63,418 bases of DNA, filler included, from Saprolegnia diclina VS20 (GCF_000281045.1; 11 parts of 2 records of this genome joined end to end with filler, not necessarily neighbours in it); one strand, 5' to 3'. Counted from the whole stretch's first letter, positions 48,194 to 59,872 are shown. Made by a program: numbers and translations. Notes: generated from the letters alone by a model not told the origin.

Positions 48194-48875
48194 CAGAGAT
48201 CTGCACTGGATTTTTGGGTCCGTCCATGTACGTGGGTTTTATTATAGGGCTTTTTTTTGTACGTCCATGTACGTACGCTTTATATAGGGGAAATAATGTC
48301 CGTCCATGTACGTACGGCTTTTTTTCTCTTTTTTTTTGTCCGTCCGTGTACGTCCGAATTTTGTCCAGTCCAGAACGGTCCGTTCTGTCCGCAGTTGTCC
48401 GTGACGTCCAGCTGGTCGACTCGAGGCGCGAAGTCGCGGATCGTGCTTTGGCGGGCTCCCGGGATCATGGTCGTTGGTCGCAGTCGAATTGAAAAATGAG
48501 CTCACTGAAGAGTTTTTATACTTAGACCTGTCTCGTCTTCAACGTCATGACTGGAGAGGCATTCGACAGTCATTGGAGCCCTTCGACAGTCGTTGGAATC
48601 TCGCACAGTCCTCTCCCATGCTCCTCCTGGTCCTCCTCGACGCTGAAATTGCTTCGGACATTTGCGGACGAAACGTACGGACAAAAGTTCCTGTCCACTT
48701 GATTTGCTGTGTACGTCCGTGTCCAGTCCGATATTTATCCCAGCTTTTTTTGTACGTCCACGTCCGTCCGGTTTCCAGAGGAGCCTCGCCATGTCCGTCC
48801 GTGTACGTAAATAAAACGGACGGACACGGACGTACAGCTTCAGACGTACGGACTGGACGACTTTGCAGATCTCTG
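48194..48875. mobile_element. Non-autonomous hAT-type DNA transposon (MITE), 682 bp
   Basis: Perfect 12-bp TIRs CAGAGATCTGCA (48194-48205) / TGCAGATCTCTG (48864-48875); perfect 8-bp TSD GATCGTAG (48186-48193, 48876-48883); many subterminal GTCCGT/TGTACG motifs. Confidence 0.92.
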
Positions 48876-49577
48876 GATCGTAGTCGCCTGCTGTCACAAG
48901 GAGAAAAGCACTGGGTGTCATGGGTAGTGAGCTTGTACGTCACGCGTTGTATGACGGCATCGCGTCACTGTCGTGGAAGCCAGCGACATATAAGTCGTCG
49001 ACAATAGCGTTAGGACAGCGATAGAGATGGCGAAGTGGAGGATAGCCAGAGCAAACATGAAAAGAGCTTGACCTGGATCTGAGGAGTAAGAAATCATTTT
49101 GTCCGATGGCAATAGTCCTTTGAACCTGGTTTCCATCTGCAAGCTCGCTTGCGCTTTTTCAAAATGAAACCACCTTTCATACACACATGATTCAAATACT
49201 ACTTTCTTCCTCATCATTTGAATCTTGTTAGATCGGATGCTTTTGGCATCTCTTTGGATCGCGGTCGGGCTGGCGTGTACCAGACCTGCTTGGACTTGAG
49301 AGCAAACCAGATCCCGTCCCCCGTTTTAGATTCTAGCTCCTAGTGTGTCCACAACGTAGCATGTTATATGTGTTGCTTTTGCTGCCACACTTGAGGTGGA
49401 AATGCAGTCCAAGTCGCAAGAAGCAACGACCCAACGCTACGAGCGCCGTAGGATAGCTTCTTGACAAAGGAAAGAAGAGAGAGGTGCCTCTGGGTGTCTC
49501 ACGTGACTCGACTGACACCGAGACTTATGCGATTGGGACCTATAAGTCTCGTGGGTGAAAATGACGCAAGTGGTCTC

Positions 49578-51146
49578 TTACGGCGTCCAACTGTATTCAA
49601 ACGGTATTGGGACATTCCATAGCGCCGTCTCGTCGAGCAAAATGCGATCGCGGTGTTTCTTGAGCTCGTGCAACGCGATATAACACGCGTCGAGATCGAG
49701 GCCATTGTCGGAGGCGTTCACGTGCAGTTGTAGCTTGGCGCCTCGCAGCAGCGTCACGACGCCGTCAGTGCCAAGACCATTCCTTGAGATATCGAGTACA
49801 TGCAGCGTGGGGTGCGCCCTCAACGCCGTTTGAAACGATGCCATGTGAGCTGCACCAATCTGGTTGTCGTGCACGTCCAAGTACCGCAGCGTCGGCAGCT
49901 TGGGCAAGGCCGACACGACGGCGGCAAGCGACGAAAGCGCATTGCTGCTGAGATCGAGGTGTGTGAGGTACCGGCCACAGCCCTCGTCTCGATGGAACGC
50001 GCCCGTCAGCGTCGACAGCGACGCGTCCGACAGCTCGGCTTGCCGCACGACGAATTCTGAGAGCAGCGAGAGGTGGCTCATCGCACTAGCAAGATCCTGT
50101 GCGTCTGGGATGGCCACGGCTTCGATCCTCAATGCCCGCAGCTGCAAAAGAGTCGGCAGTGTCGGCAGCAGCACTGGCAATGAGGAAAAGCCACGTAGCA
50201 CAAGGCGTGACAGCGCTGCGTCTTCCAGCGTCGCCGCGACATTGGTGCCTTGGACTGCGTCGAGCTCCATGGCGTCGAGCATGAGACTGCGCCATAGCAC
50301 GGGCAGTGGCGTCCCATCCAAGACCGTCGTCGTCGGCTCGATAGATCGCCCCAAATACACACTGTTGATGGACGCAAGGTCCCGCATCGCTGTATGGAGC
50401 GGCGCAGGCAGCGCGGCGAGGCCGTCGATACCCACGTGCACGCTCGGAATCTGATGCAAAGGCGTAACCAAGCTCACCGCCTCGTCGCTCTCGGCCGCGC
50501 TGGGAGGTATCCTTTTTGCGCGCGGCTCAAACAGCGTAAGGTGCAAAGAGCACAGTGTCGTGTGCTTGCTTGTGAGCGCCAATGCGACGAGGCTAAGGCT
50601 CTCGAGCGGCACGCGCAGTGTGAGCGTCTGGAGGTGCGTGCACGAGGTCAAGCACGCACCCAAGTCGGAGCGCGTCGTCGTACGCGGCAGCGCGCGCGTC
50701 GATTTCAGCTCGATGCCGATGATCTGTGCGGCGTATGCGTCGACGGCGTTGGCAATGTGGTCGAGCGTCGCGAGGTTGGCGACATGGAGCTTGGTTGCGT
50801 GCGCGACGATCGCGCGGCCAAGCACAGAGCCTGGCGCGATGCGCTCGAGCAGCGCGGTGGATGGAACAAGGCCCATAAGCGCAACGTAATGGCAGGTGTC
50901 GTCGTCATTGGTCGATGCGAGGACGAGGCGAGGCCAGAGGTGCATGCTCGGCGTCGTCGCCGCCAGCGCCAAGAGACTGCAGAGCGCTGGCGACAACGCG
51001 CGCGCTGGCTGCGCGCGCAGGTACAAAAGCAGTGCATGCGGGCAGAGTATGCAGCGCGCAATCGCCTCGATAATATTGGGCGCAAACAGCGTCGCGGGCG
51101 GGCGCTTGGCGACCTTCGACGGGCCAGCCTCGTCGGTTGCACGCAT
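49578..51146 (-). CDS. RNI-like leucine-rich repeat protein, 522 aa
   Basis: LTHLDLSSNAL, LRYLDVHDNQIG, LHVLDISRNGLG; N-terminal region LWPRLVL typical of Saprolegniales LRR families. Confidence 0.8.
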   Translation of the reverse strand: MRATDEAGPSKVAKRPPATLFAPNIIEAIARCILCPHALLLYLRAQPARALSPALCSLLALAATTPSMHLWPRLVLASTNDDDTCHYVALMGLVPSTALLERIAPGSVLGRAIVAHATKLHVANLATLDHIANAVDAYAAQIIGIELKSTRALPRTTTRSDLGACLTSCTHLQTLTLRVPLESLSLVALALTSKHTTLCSLHLTLFEPRAKRIPPSAAESDEAVSLVTPLHQIPSVHVGIDGLAALPAPLHTAMRDLASINSVYLGRSIEPTTTVLDGTPLPVLWRSLMLDAMELDAVQGTNVAATLEDAALSRLVLRGFSSLPVLLPTLPTLLQLRALRIEAVAIPDAQDLASAMSHLSLLSEFVVRQAELSDASLSTLTGAFHRDEGCGRYLTHLDLSSNALSSLAAVVSALPKLPTLRYLDVHDNQIGAAHMASFQTALRAHPTLHVLDISRNGLGTDGVVTLLRGAKLQLHVNASDNGLDLDACYIALHELKKHRDRILLDETALWNVPIPFEYSWTP

Positions 51147-51582
51147 AGTTCAAGCGTTGATTCCGGATACAACATCCGGATAAAAAAGATTCCCGCCACG
51201 AAGGGGCTCGACCAAGCGATCAAAGGATTGGCGCCGGCCGATCGTGCATGGGAAGGACGTAGTAGGACGGGATCGTCGTCGTGCCGTGTGCTCGACCGAC
51301 TGCACAACGCTGCATTCAAGTTTGTTTTACGCAAAAGTCATACCATTCCGACAGTTGTAGTACACTTGTACTGTAGCATTCCTCAAATGTGCTTGGTAGC
51401 GGAGGCCATCTTGGTGGCCCGATGCTTGCGTCTTCTAGAGTGTCGACCAGCTTGGCGTCGCCTGTTGTACCAACGTACGCATGAACAACTACGCGCGTCA
51501 CTGCGATCATATACTGCAGTCCTAACAATAAGGTTTTCTTATTGAACGCTGACGAGTGCGCACCAACGACGCCAACAGCGTT

Positions 51583-54500
51583 ATGGACAGCCAACGCCTC
51601 GAGTTGCTCTCGCACAGCGATGCTGCCACGCCAGAATGCCACGTATACCTAGAAAGTGCAAACTCACGCAGCGGTTTCATAACGCCGCAGACAGGCGGCG
51701 CGATGCAGCAACACCGCCACCTTTTCGCAAGCGTGACCTGCGTGTTCACGTCCGTCGCATTGAGCGCTTATGCCCTCGTTCTCTTTACGCCATACATGGA
51801 GAACGGTCTCTTCTGGCCCGGCTTGGTCACCGCCGACACGCTGTCGCTGGTCATGACGATTCTCAACTATGAGTTTACACTCGCGGCGGCGACCAACGCG
51901 ACGAGCCTTGCCGTCGACTTACTGCAGCCACATGTCGGCGTCGTCAACGTCGCCGACCGGCGCGGTATTAACCCCACGGCGCCGCGATTCATTGTCTACC
52001 AAACGCTCACGTCCATCGAAGCAGGGATCGACGGCTTGCGCCGTCTCGAGGCCCAGAACGTGCTCTTGATGCTAGCGCCATACTGCTGGATGGACTTTGG
52101 ACGACGCTATAGCTTTGCGCACACACCCAAACGTCTTCTTCGGTGCGAAGCTGCCCGTACTGCCAACGGCGCCGCGTATTTCGAGGCGGTCTTGCGCAAC
52201 ATTGATCTGCCAAGTTGGCTTGTCGCGAACGAAGCCCTGTTTTTCCTGCGCCTCGGCAACGGCGTTGTCGAGGCCGGCGGTGGCGCGTGGCTAAATACCC
52301 TCCTCTCACATGCGCTGCTTCCGCCAGCCGACGAAGCGCGCGTGTGGCGCACCGCTGGACTGGATGCGTTTGAGCTCATGTACGGGAACCGCGTCCAGAT
52401 CGGGCTCACCAACCAGATCCAGATTGTGAATGCGCTCGGTGTCAACTTTCCTTTTTACGCCGCGTCAATCGCCGCGACGAACCGAGGTGCGTCGTGGACG
52501 TCCTCCAACTTGTACCAGAGTCTACATCTCGACTGGAGTGCTCTCCGAAGCAACGAAAGCCTCATCTTGGGCAGCGCCAACTGGTACGGCAACGTCTCGG
52601 CCAGCGCATTAGAAGCATATGCTGTCGGCCTGCCGTTGACCCGTATCAACCAAGTGATCCACGACCGCGTCGGGCCGCTCGCCAACATTGACATGCGGTG
52701 GGTGCCTGTGCCAAGCGAGCTCCTCACCGCCGTCGACCACGTCCACGGCCTCGTCGTCACGGCGCTGCGCTCACGGAACGCATCCATTGCGCGTGCATAT
52801 GCGTCCATCGTACCTCTCACCATGTCGGTGGTGCCCTCGAAATGGCAGGACCCTGGCTACCTCTTCCTCATTGGCAGCTTGATGTGCCAATACGGTGTAC
52901 CCGTCAACTTTGTGCAGCGCACGTTTGGCTTTGACGATTCATGTGGTACTGCACTACCGTTCTCGGTCACAACGCACCCGATCAAGCTCGTGTTTGCCTT
53001 GCGCATCTGGCTACAAACCATGTCGGATCAGAGCAGTCTTGGCGCCATTTGCGCTCAAGTGCCCAGCGACGAACGTCGGTGCAATAGGCTACTGACCAAT
53101 ACGACGCGACTGCTGTCGGCGCTGCCATCGTGGGACGTACCACCGTCGCTCGTGCGTACTATCATGGCACTCAACACGACGAAACCGCAGTTCCTAACGC
53201 GTCCGAATCGCACCGAGGTGGAGCTCGAGACCATTGCACACTTTGGTGAAGGCTACGAGCTCTTTGCGTGGATGGTCATGTACGACTGGGCCATCGGTCT
53301 TCGGGAGATTGTGACATTCGAGGGGGACACGTCCACGCTACGTGTGTCCTCCTACGCGTACACGCCGCTGACCAACCCGACGAGTCCGTTGCAGTCGAGC
53401 GTCGGCACGTACCTCATATCCGCATCGTGGATCGTCACCGTCGTCCTCGCGCTTGTCGCCATGCTCAGCCTCGGCACCACGTACGGTTATCTCTTTGCGC
53501 GCATCGCGTCAGCCGTGTGGCTCAACCGCAGCGTTCTCTTCCTCCGCAGTTTGACGGCCAGCGTGTGCTTGGCCACGTCGCCTATCGTGGCGTCCATCGT
53601 GGGGCCGATGCAGCAATTGGAAGCGCCACCGCGAAGTCTCCTGACGTCAATGGTGCTATCCAGCGAGTCGCTCTGGACGACCTATGTCGCCCACGATATA
53701 CTGAGTCCGCTACTGCACTCGTCGTACTACGTACATCTCAACACCGTCCTCGCATGGGTCGTCCTCACGGCCATCGATGTATGGTACCCGGTCTCGATGA
53801 CCGTCGCCATTGAAATGAACTGTTCGACCGTCAATATGGACTGGCAAGTCTACTGCGCCGCCGCAAGTATCGCGATTGGCTCGACGGCTCGGGTCGGCTT
53901 TATGTACGCTGTTCAAGGCCTCATGTTGCTGTTGACGGTGGGTGTCTCGGCCGTCGTGTCCAAGCGCTGTCTGGCCGTTGACACAAAGTCGTCTCTCCTC
54001 TTGCATACATCGGTACTGGCCTTTCTACCGCCAGCAATAAGTCGTCCAGTAACGAGCCTCGACCATGGCACGCGTATCATGGCGGGGCTCTTGCCTCTTG
54101 GGTCGACCACCTTTCACCTGAGTCTATGGCACCACGTTCCTCTCTGGCCGAGTTCGGAGCCCGAGGTGTGTGTCGTTGGCCCCTTTGATGATGACGTGCT
54201 GTCACTGGAGGTTGCAGTCACGTCGTGGCGCGACCGCAGCCGGTTCCAAATGGCCTTCCTCTTTCTTGGCTTTTGCTACGTCCTGGCGACGTTGACAAGC
54301 AATGTGCTCTACTACTCGGTCGTCGCCAATAACCTTAGCAACGACTATGGCTGGGCGGGCTTCAACAGCTCCGGCGCACAAGCGTTCGTGGCCAATGTAT
54401 TCAATCGGCAACTCATGCTGACAACGCAAGAGCCCGCGTTTGCACTCGACAGTCCTGGTCATGGCGACATGAGTCAGCTCTACAACACGTCGACGACAGT

Positions 54501-56850
54501 CATTCTATGGGCCGAGTCGAGTGCCCGTCGCCAGCTGTACTCGGATGCATCCTTGGATGTAGCGGTTGCAAACCTGCGGCGCATGCATCCGTGTCAACTT
54601 CCGTGGATGTTTACGCAGTACTGCTGGCTCGACTTGAGCCAGACGTGGGAGATGGCGGCCACCGCGTCCCGTCAAGCGCGCTGTGCAAGGAGCATGGCGT
54701 CAAATGGCGCCGTGTACCTCGAGATAGGTCTGCGGAACCTCAACAACTGGACGACTTGGGACACTTGCTGGGGCGACTCGTGGCAGCTTGGCTTTGTAAA
54801 GTACTTGGAAACCTCCCGTGACGGACAACAATGGCTCGAGAGCATCTCAAGCGCGACCCTCTCCATTGAGGACGAAGTCCGCCTCTGGGAGTCCCATGCG
54901 ATCTCGACCTTTCAGCTGCAGTGGCAAAACTACAAGACGCCGGGCATGGACGACAGCATTTGGATTCAGAGTGCACTCGGGATGACATACCCACTCCAGC
55001 TCAGCCAATCAGTGGGGAGTGTTCACACAAGTCAACAGACATCGTTCAAAATGTATTGGTCGCTGGCCAGCGACCTCTGGGCCATTACCACCAACACGTC
55101 TGGTATCGGGGGCGCCAGTTTGCTTCGAAGCAGCTCCCTCTTTGCGTTCGTGAACGTGTCGACGACCTCGGTGCTTGTGCAAAATGCCACGCTGCAAATG
55201 CCGCTCTCGGCGGGGTTTTCCCTTCTTGCAAGCACGATTGGACCGTTTGGCGCGATTGATTTGGTGTACGTCTCGCCGCCGCCCCGCCTCTTGTCGTACG
55301 TCTCGAGCGTCGTGAGTTATCTCACGCAACTTTTGGTCACGAACTTGGACGCCCAGCACGCATTTCGCGCGCTGTCTGTGCCTGTGCGGTACGCGCCAGT
55401 GCCGACTTTGGTGTTGGCGCTCGCGAACACGAGCTTCGTTGGCGGCAACATCTTGTGTGGCGACGACAGCACTCCGTGGAGTGTTCAGAACGGGTTTTTT
55501 GTGGCCTTTAGCGGCACCAACATGTGCCACGCGTCGTTCACTGACATGGTTCAGCCCACGCCGCTAATGCCGCTCCTGGCGTTGCTTGCGATGACGGCGT
55601 CGTCGAGAGACATTGACAGTATTTGCGCATTGGACATGCTGCTGCCAGCGACGTGTTCTCGGGACCATACGAATACGCTGTTTTTTCTAAAGACCTATGT
55701 CACCACGTACAATGCGACACTGACGGACGCTGTGGTCGCCGATGTCTTGGCCACTGGAGTCGGCCTCGTGCAGTTTCTTGTCACGTCGGGTGTGACGTCG
55801 CTGCGTCACTTTGCCCTTTTGGACCCAAATGACCGCGCGTACATGTACTATGGCTGGTGCTACCTCTTCAAGTGGGCACTTGGCGATCGCGAAGCGATTT
55901 CGTTGACCGGGGACCATGGCCAGATGACGGTGCTCTCGGGTCTCTCGCTGCCGCTCGCAATGGTGCCCGACTCGAACGCGGTACCGCTGAGCTTTGCACT
56001 CCTCACGCAATACTGCGTCCAGTACATAACTATCGTCCTCATCGGCATTAGCAGCCTCCTCGTAATCTCGGCGTCCTACCACGGCGGGCGCATGGAGGGC
56101 CTCAACCTGCTCTGCGTCAACCGCATTGTCGGTATGGTCTGGCTCGGCCGCCCGTTTGTGTTTCTGCGCAGCCTCTCGGCAATTTGGCTCCTAAACACGA
56201 GCCCGCTTACGCTTGTGCAAGCCGGAGTCGGTACGTACTTTACAGCGCCGCCATTAGCGTGGTTCAACACGTTATTGGCAACGTCCGAAGTGACGTGGTT
56301 CGTCTACGTCCTCAACGACCTCTTCTCGTGCGCCTCGCAGCAGTACACGTCGCTCTATGCGTCCAAAAGCTCGAATCTCACGTGGCTCGTGATTTTCCTC
56401 TGGACTCTCCAGTCGCCGCAGCTCTACGCCGCCGCGGTACATCGACGTTGTGTCTACGACGATATGGACGCCGGTGTTCACTGCGTCTCGGGCGGTATCG
56501 CGGTCGGAAGTCTCCGCCGCGTCGGCACGTCGATCGGCCTTGTGCTGGCTTGTTTGGGTGTCACGTACCTCTTTATGCGCTGGTATGCCCCCATACCGCG
56601 ATTACTCTATACGCCAACACCGCTCTTGAACGCGCAGAGCTACTACATGCTGCGTCTGCAGCGGTGGCACATTGACGGCGTCCAGTACATTGACAAGACG
56701 TCGGCGATCATGGCCGGACTGCTCTGCACCACGTACCGCGGACAGCACATCGTCTTGGACATCAAGTCGTGGCGTATCTTCGCAACACCTCTGACCACTG
56801 CGCAGGCCGAACACGGTCGCCTGCGTCATGCACTGCCGCTGCACCCGTGA
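51583..56850 (+). CDS. Giant multi-pass membrane glycoprotein of unknown function made of two tandem homologous halves (oomycete-expanded family); start codon uncertain (51583 or ~51703)
   Basis: 1.7k-aa uninterrupted ORF. Half 1 YCWMDF...RC...NGAAYFEAVLRN / YDWAIGLRE.V.FEGD / VWLNRSVLFLRSLTA; half 2 YCWLDL...RC...NGAVYLEIGLRN / FKWALGDRE.I.LTGD / VWLGRPFVFLRSLSA. Many N-x-S/T sites. Confidence 0.85.
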   Translation: MDSQRLELLSHSDAATPECHVYLESANSRSGFITPQTGGAMQQHRHLFASVTCVFTSVALSAYALVLFTPYMENGLFWPGLVTADTLSLVMTILNYEFTLAAATNATSLAVDLLQPHVGVVNVADRRGINPTAPRFIVYQTLTSIEAGIDGLRRLEAQNVLLMLAPYCWMDFGRRYSFAHTPKRLLRCEAARTANGAAYFEAVLRNIDLPSWLVANEALFFLRLGNGVVEAGGGAWLNTLLSHALLPPADEARVWRTAGLDAFELMYGNRVQIGLTNQIQIVNALGVNFPFYAASIAATNRGASWTSSNLYQSLHLDWSALRSNESLILGSANWYGNVSASALEAYAVGLPLTRINQVIHDRVGPLANIDMRWVPVPSELLTAVDHVHGLVVTALRSRNASIARAYASIVPLTMSVVPSKWQDPGYLFLIGSLMCQYGVPVNFVQRTFGFDDSCGTALPFSVTTHPIKLVFALRIWLQTMSDQSSLGAICAQVPSDERRCNRLLTNTTRLLSALPSWDVPPSLVRTIMALNTTKPQFLTRPNRTEVELETIAHFGEGYELFAWMVMYDWAIGLREIVTFEGDTSTLRVSSYAYTPLTNPTSPLQSSVGTYLISASWIVTVVLALVAMLSLGTTYGYLFARIASAVWLNRSVLFLRSLTASVCLATSPIVASIVGPMQQLEAPPRSLLTSMVLSSESLWTTYVAHDILSPLLHSSYYVHLNTVLAWVVLTAIDVWYPVSMTVAIEMNCSTVNMDWQVYCAAASIAIGSTARVGFMYAVQGLMLLLTVGVSAVVSKRCLAVDTKSSLLLHTSVLAFLPPAISRPVTSLDHGTRIMAGLLPLGSTTFHLSLWHHVPLWPSSEPEVCVVGPFDDDVLSLEVAVTSWRDRSRFQMAFLFLGFCYVLATLTSNVLYYSVVANNLSNDYGWAGFNSSGAQAFVANVFNRQLMLTTQEPAFALDSPGHGDMSQLYNTSTTVILWAESSARRQLYSDASLDVAVANLRRMHPCQLPWMFTQYCWLDLSQTWEMAATASRQARCARSMASNGAVYLEIGLRNLNNWTTWDTCWGDSWQLGFVKYLETSRDGQQWLESISSATLSIEDEVRLWESHAISTFQLQWQNYKTPGMDDSIWIQSALGMTYPLQLSQSVGSVHTSQQTSFKMYWSLASDLWAITTNTSGIGGASLLRSSSLFAFVNVSTTSVLVQNATLQMPLSAGFSLLASTIGPFGAIDLVYVSPPPRLLSYVSSVVSYLTQLLVTNLDAQHAFRALSVPVRYAPVPTLVLALANTSFVGGNILCGDDSTPWSVQNGFFVAFSGTNMCHASFTDMVQPTPLMPLLALLAMTASSRDIDSICALDMLLPATCSRDHTNTLFFLKTYVTTYNATLTDAVVADVLATGVGLVQFLVTSGVTSLRHFALLDPNDRAYMYYGWCYLFKWALGDREAISLTGDHGQMTVLSGLSLPLAMVPDSNAVPLSFALLTQYCVQYITIVLIGISSLLVISASYHGGRMEGLNLLCVNRIVGMVWLGRPFVFLRSLSAIWLLNTSPLTLVQAGVGTYFTAPPLAWFNTLLATSEVTWFVYVLNDLFSCASQQYTSLYASKSSNLTWLVIFLWTLQSPQLYAAAVHRRCVYDDMDAGVHCVSGGIAVGSLRRVGTSIGLVLACLGVTYLFMRWYAPIPRLLYTPTPLLNAQSYYMLRLQRWHIDGVQYIDKTSAIMAGLLCTTYRGQHIVLDIKSWRIFATPLTTAQAEHGRLRHALPLHP

Positions 56851-57221
56851 TATGTTGCTCGTACCGTCCTTTGTGGGGATCGAGAAGGCAGCATCCACCT
56901 ACAACTAAGGATCAATGCATGTACCAGTGCTCGTTGCAGTACCGTGTTACCTTGGCTTACAGACCCGAGTGCGCCGTCGTCGGGACGCCCGATTCGCTAG
57001 AACGTAGCGTTTAAGAGCCAACGCTGCAAAAACAGATTGCAGTTGCTCTGTTGACCGTTCGAACCAGACTCGGAGCCGTGGCCAGGGGTCGGGTTGGGCA
57101 CAAATACCAAGTCCTTTTTTGNNNNNNNNNNNNNNNNNNNNNNNNNNNNNNNNNNNNNNNNNNNNTTAATTAATTAANNNNNNNNNNNNNNNNNNNNNNN
57201 NNNNNNNNNNNNNNNNNNNNN

Positions 57222-57781
57222 TCGTAGGCGTCGTGCGGCCACAAGACAGAGGTTTCTTTGACGAGAAAGTGGACGGTTGGGAGATGACCGTCGGCAACGA
57301 TGGTTCGTATGCACGTCTGCAAGTCGTGCGGCCCGCGCTCTTCGTAGAGCTGTCGCAAGACCTGTACGCTTTGACTTTGAAGCGCTATTTGCGTTGACAG
57401 ACGCATGTCGTTCTTGTCTTCAAAGCGGGCATAGTGCCCGTAGTGCGCCGCCACTGTGCGCAGCATCCCGGCCCATGACGTAGCGTTGTCACTGGTGGCC
57501 ATGGCAGCCGCACGCAACGAGCAGTCGCCGGTTGCCGCCGCATGCAGCGCAATGCACGGAGCGAGCGGCGAGTACAGCTGCATGAGGCCAACGGCGTCAT
57601 TGAGGCCATGACGCGCTAGCCATGGAGCAAACCGGTCGCGAAATGCAGCGACTTCCTCCTGGAGGTTGGACGACGCAAAGATGAGCGGGTCGTCACGGAA
57701 GACGAGGCTGTCAGGCCACCAGCCGTGCTGGTACGCAGTGATGAGGCGGAGAAGAACCGGGTTGCAGAGCGTCGTGTCCAT
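57222..57781 (-). CDS. Ankyrin-repeat family protein, N-terminal part (truncated by gap)
   Basis: TLCNPVLLRLITAYQHG N-terminal motif; HAAATGDC, VAAHYGH, IVADGHLPTVHFL. Confidence 0.6.
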
Positions 57782-57970
57782 GCGGCAAAGGCAAGTTGGC
57801 CGAGTTTGCACTTGCTACTGCCGGCGGATTGTCCCTTGGATGTGATTGGCTGGATGGAACTACGAAAGACGTTCATTCCCAGTCATTCAGCTTCGATCTT
57901 CGATTAAAGGTCAGGTCGTATGTTTTCAGCGGCTATATTACTGTAAAGGTCAAAAGCGCGGTTGACTTGA

Positions 57971-58418
57971 CTAGTTGCTCTCGCCGTCGTATTGAGTAAA
58001 AACGTTGCGTAGCCAATAGCGTTCCAGCGCCGACCAGTCTGGGGTGTCGTTGGGCACGTCGTGGTGCTGCCTTGGTGGCACTCGACGCGCATTTTGATGC
58101 GTCAAGTACTCGAGGAGCGCGACGAAGCGCCGTCTGTAAGTGCTGCGGAGGGCGCCCAGTACATTGAACCCAATCGAGTCGAGGTACACAAGGACGTCGG
58201 GCGAGCCGTATTGCCGTATCGACGGTGAAACACGCGCATTTTCCATGACCTCACCCAAGAAGCGCACGACCTCGAGATGCCCTTGCACGACGGCTTCGTC
58301 CAGGACGCTCGGCGTCCATTGACCAAGTCCTTGTTCGTGGAGGTAGCGGACGACCTCCAAGTGCCCACGACTCGCTGCGCGCTTCGGTACGTCCTTCAGC
58401 ACTGGTGTACGCATGACG
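57971..58418 (-). CDS. Ankyrin-repeat protein C-terminal fragment
   Basis: AASRGHLEVVRYLHEQG, LDEAVVQGHLEVVRFL. Confidence 0.65.
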
Positions 58419-58518
58419 NNNNNNNNNNNNNNNNNNNNNNNNNNNNNNNNNNNNNNNNNNNNTTAATTAATTAANNNNNNNNNNNNNNNNNNNNNNNNNN
58501 NNNNNNNNNNNNNNNNNN

Positions 58519-59872
58519 GGAACGGACGGCTGGTAGCCTGAGAAGAAGAGACACGATCTCGTGGACAGGCGGTTGCACGTGCCACGGGCGATGGCGCATC
58601 GTCGCCGCGAAGGGAGATCTGTTACGACGAGGAAGGAGGATGTTGGGAGGTAATGCCGACCGTGGGACGTCGCGGCAATCATATCGTATCCCTCTTTTTG
58701 TATGGTTGCCACGTGGTGTAGAAAGGTCACTCAAAACCACATGTTCTTCTAACGCCTTTTGCCAGATCAGGCTGCAGTTTGCCGACTTGGTACCGGCCAA
58801 AGTTGTTGGAGAAGGTGCGCTTTCTTTACGCCTCTTTCTGGGTGACGGGCAAAGTGGTGTAGTGTTGCCGGTCCCACGTTCGGTCGAGGAGCTTCCCGCG
58901 CGACAGAGAACGCCATCGGGGTCCCGTGTACGACGCGCGAGTCGTCGTTGAGCGTGTCTTTTCGCTCGGCTCCTGTATTCGTATGATGCTCGCTCACGGG
59001 CCAGCGACTGTCGCCGAATAAGCATTGGTCCTGTAGCGTGAACTATTCTAGTCGGACAGCCCGTGGGAAGCTCGAGTGGGAAGGGTGGGNNNNNNNNNNN
59101 NNNNNNNNNNNNNNNNNNNNNNNNNNNNNNNNNNNNNNNNNNNNNNNNNNNNNNNNNNNNNNNNNNNNNNNNNNNNNNNNNNNNNNNNNTTCTTGAGGCA
59201 AGAGCAATTTGAGGCTCAACGAACGAACGTTCTGTGTTGCGCCGGGCGTCATAAGACGACCACTTGGACTTTGTATACCGTTGCCACCGGAACGGACGGC
59301 TGGTAGCGTGTCTGAGAAGAAGAGACACGATCTCGTGGACAGGCGGTTGCACGTGCCACGGCCGATGGCGCATCGTCGCCGCGAAGGAGATCTGTTACGA
59401 CGAGGAAGAAGGATGTTGGGAGGTAACGCCGGCCGTGGGACGTCACGGCAATCATATCTTATCCCTCTTTTTGTATGGCGGACTCGAAGTGCCACGTGGT
59501 GTAGAAAGGTCACTCAAAACCACATGTTCTTCTAACGCCTTTTGCCAGATCAGGCAGCAGTTTGCCGACTTGGTACACCGGCCAAAGTTGTTGGAGAAGG
59601 TACGCCTCTTTTTGGGTGACGGGCAAAGTGGTGTAGCGTCGTGTTGCCGGTCCCACGTGCGCTCGAGGAGCTTCCCGCGCGACAGAGAACGCCATCGGGG
59701 GTCCCGTGTACGACGCGCGAGTCGTCGTCGAGCGTGTCTTTTCGCTCGGCTCCTGTATTCGTATGATGCTCGCTCACGGGCCAGCAGCGACTGTCGCCGA
59801 ATCAGCATTGGTTCTGTAGCGTGAACTATTCTAGTCGGACAGCCCGTGGGAAGCTCGAGTGGGAAGGGTGGG
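58519..59872. repeat. Two closely similar direct copies of an unclassified ~575-bp repeat (58519-59089, 59289-59872)
   Basis: Both begin GGAACGGACGGCTGGTAGC and end GGGAAGCTCGAGTGGGAAGGGTGGG; they differ by small indels. Confidence 0.88.
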
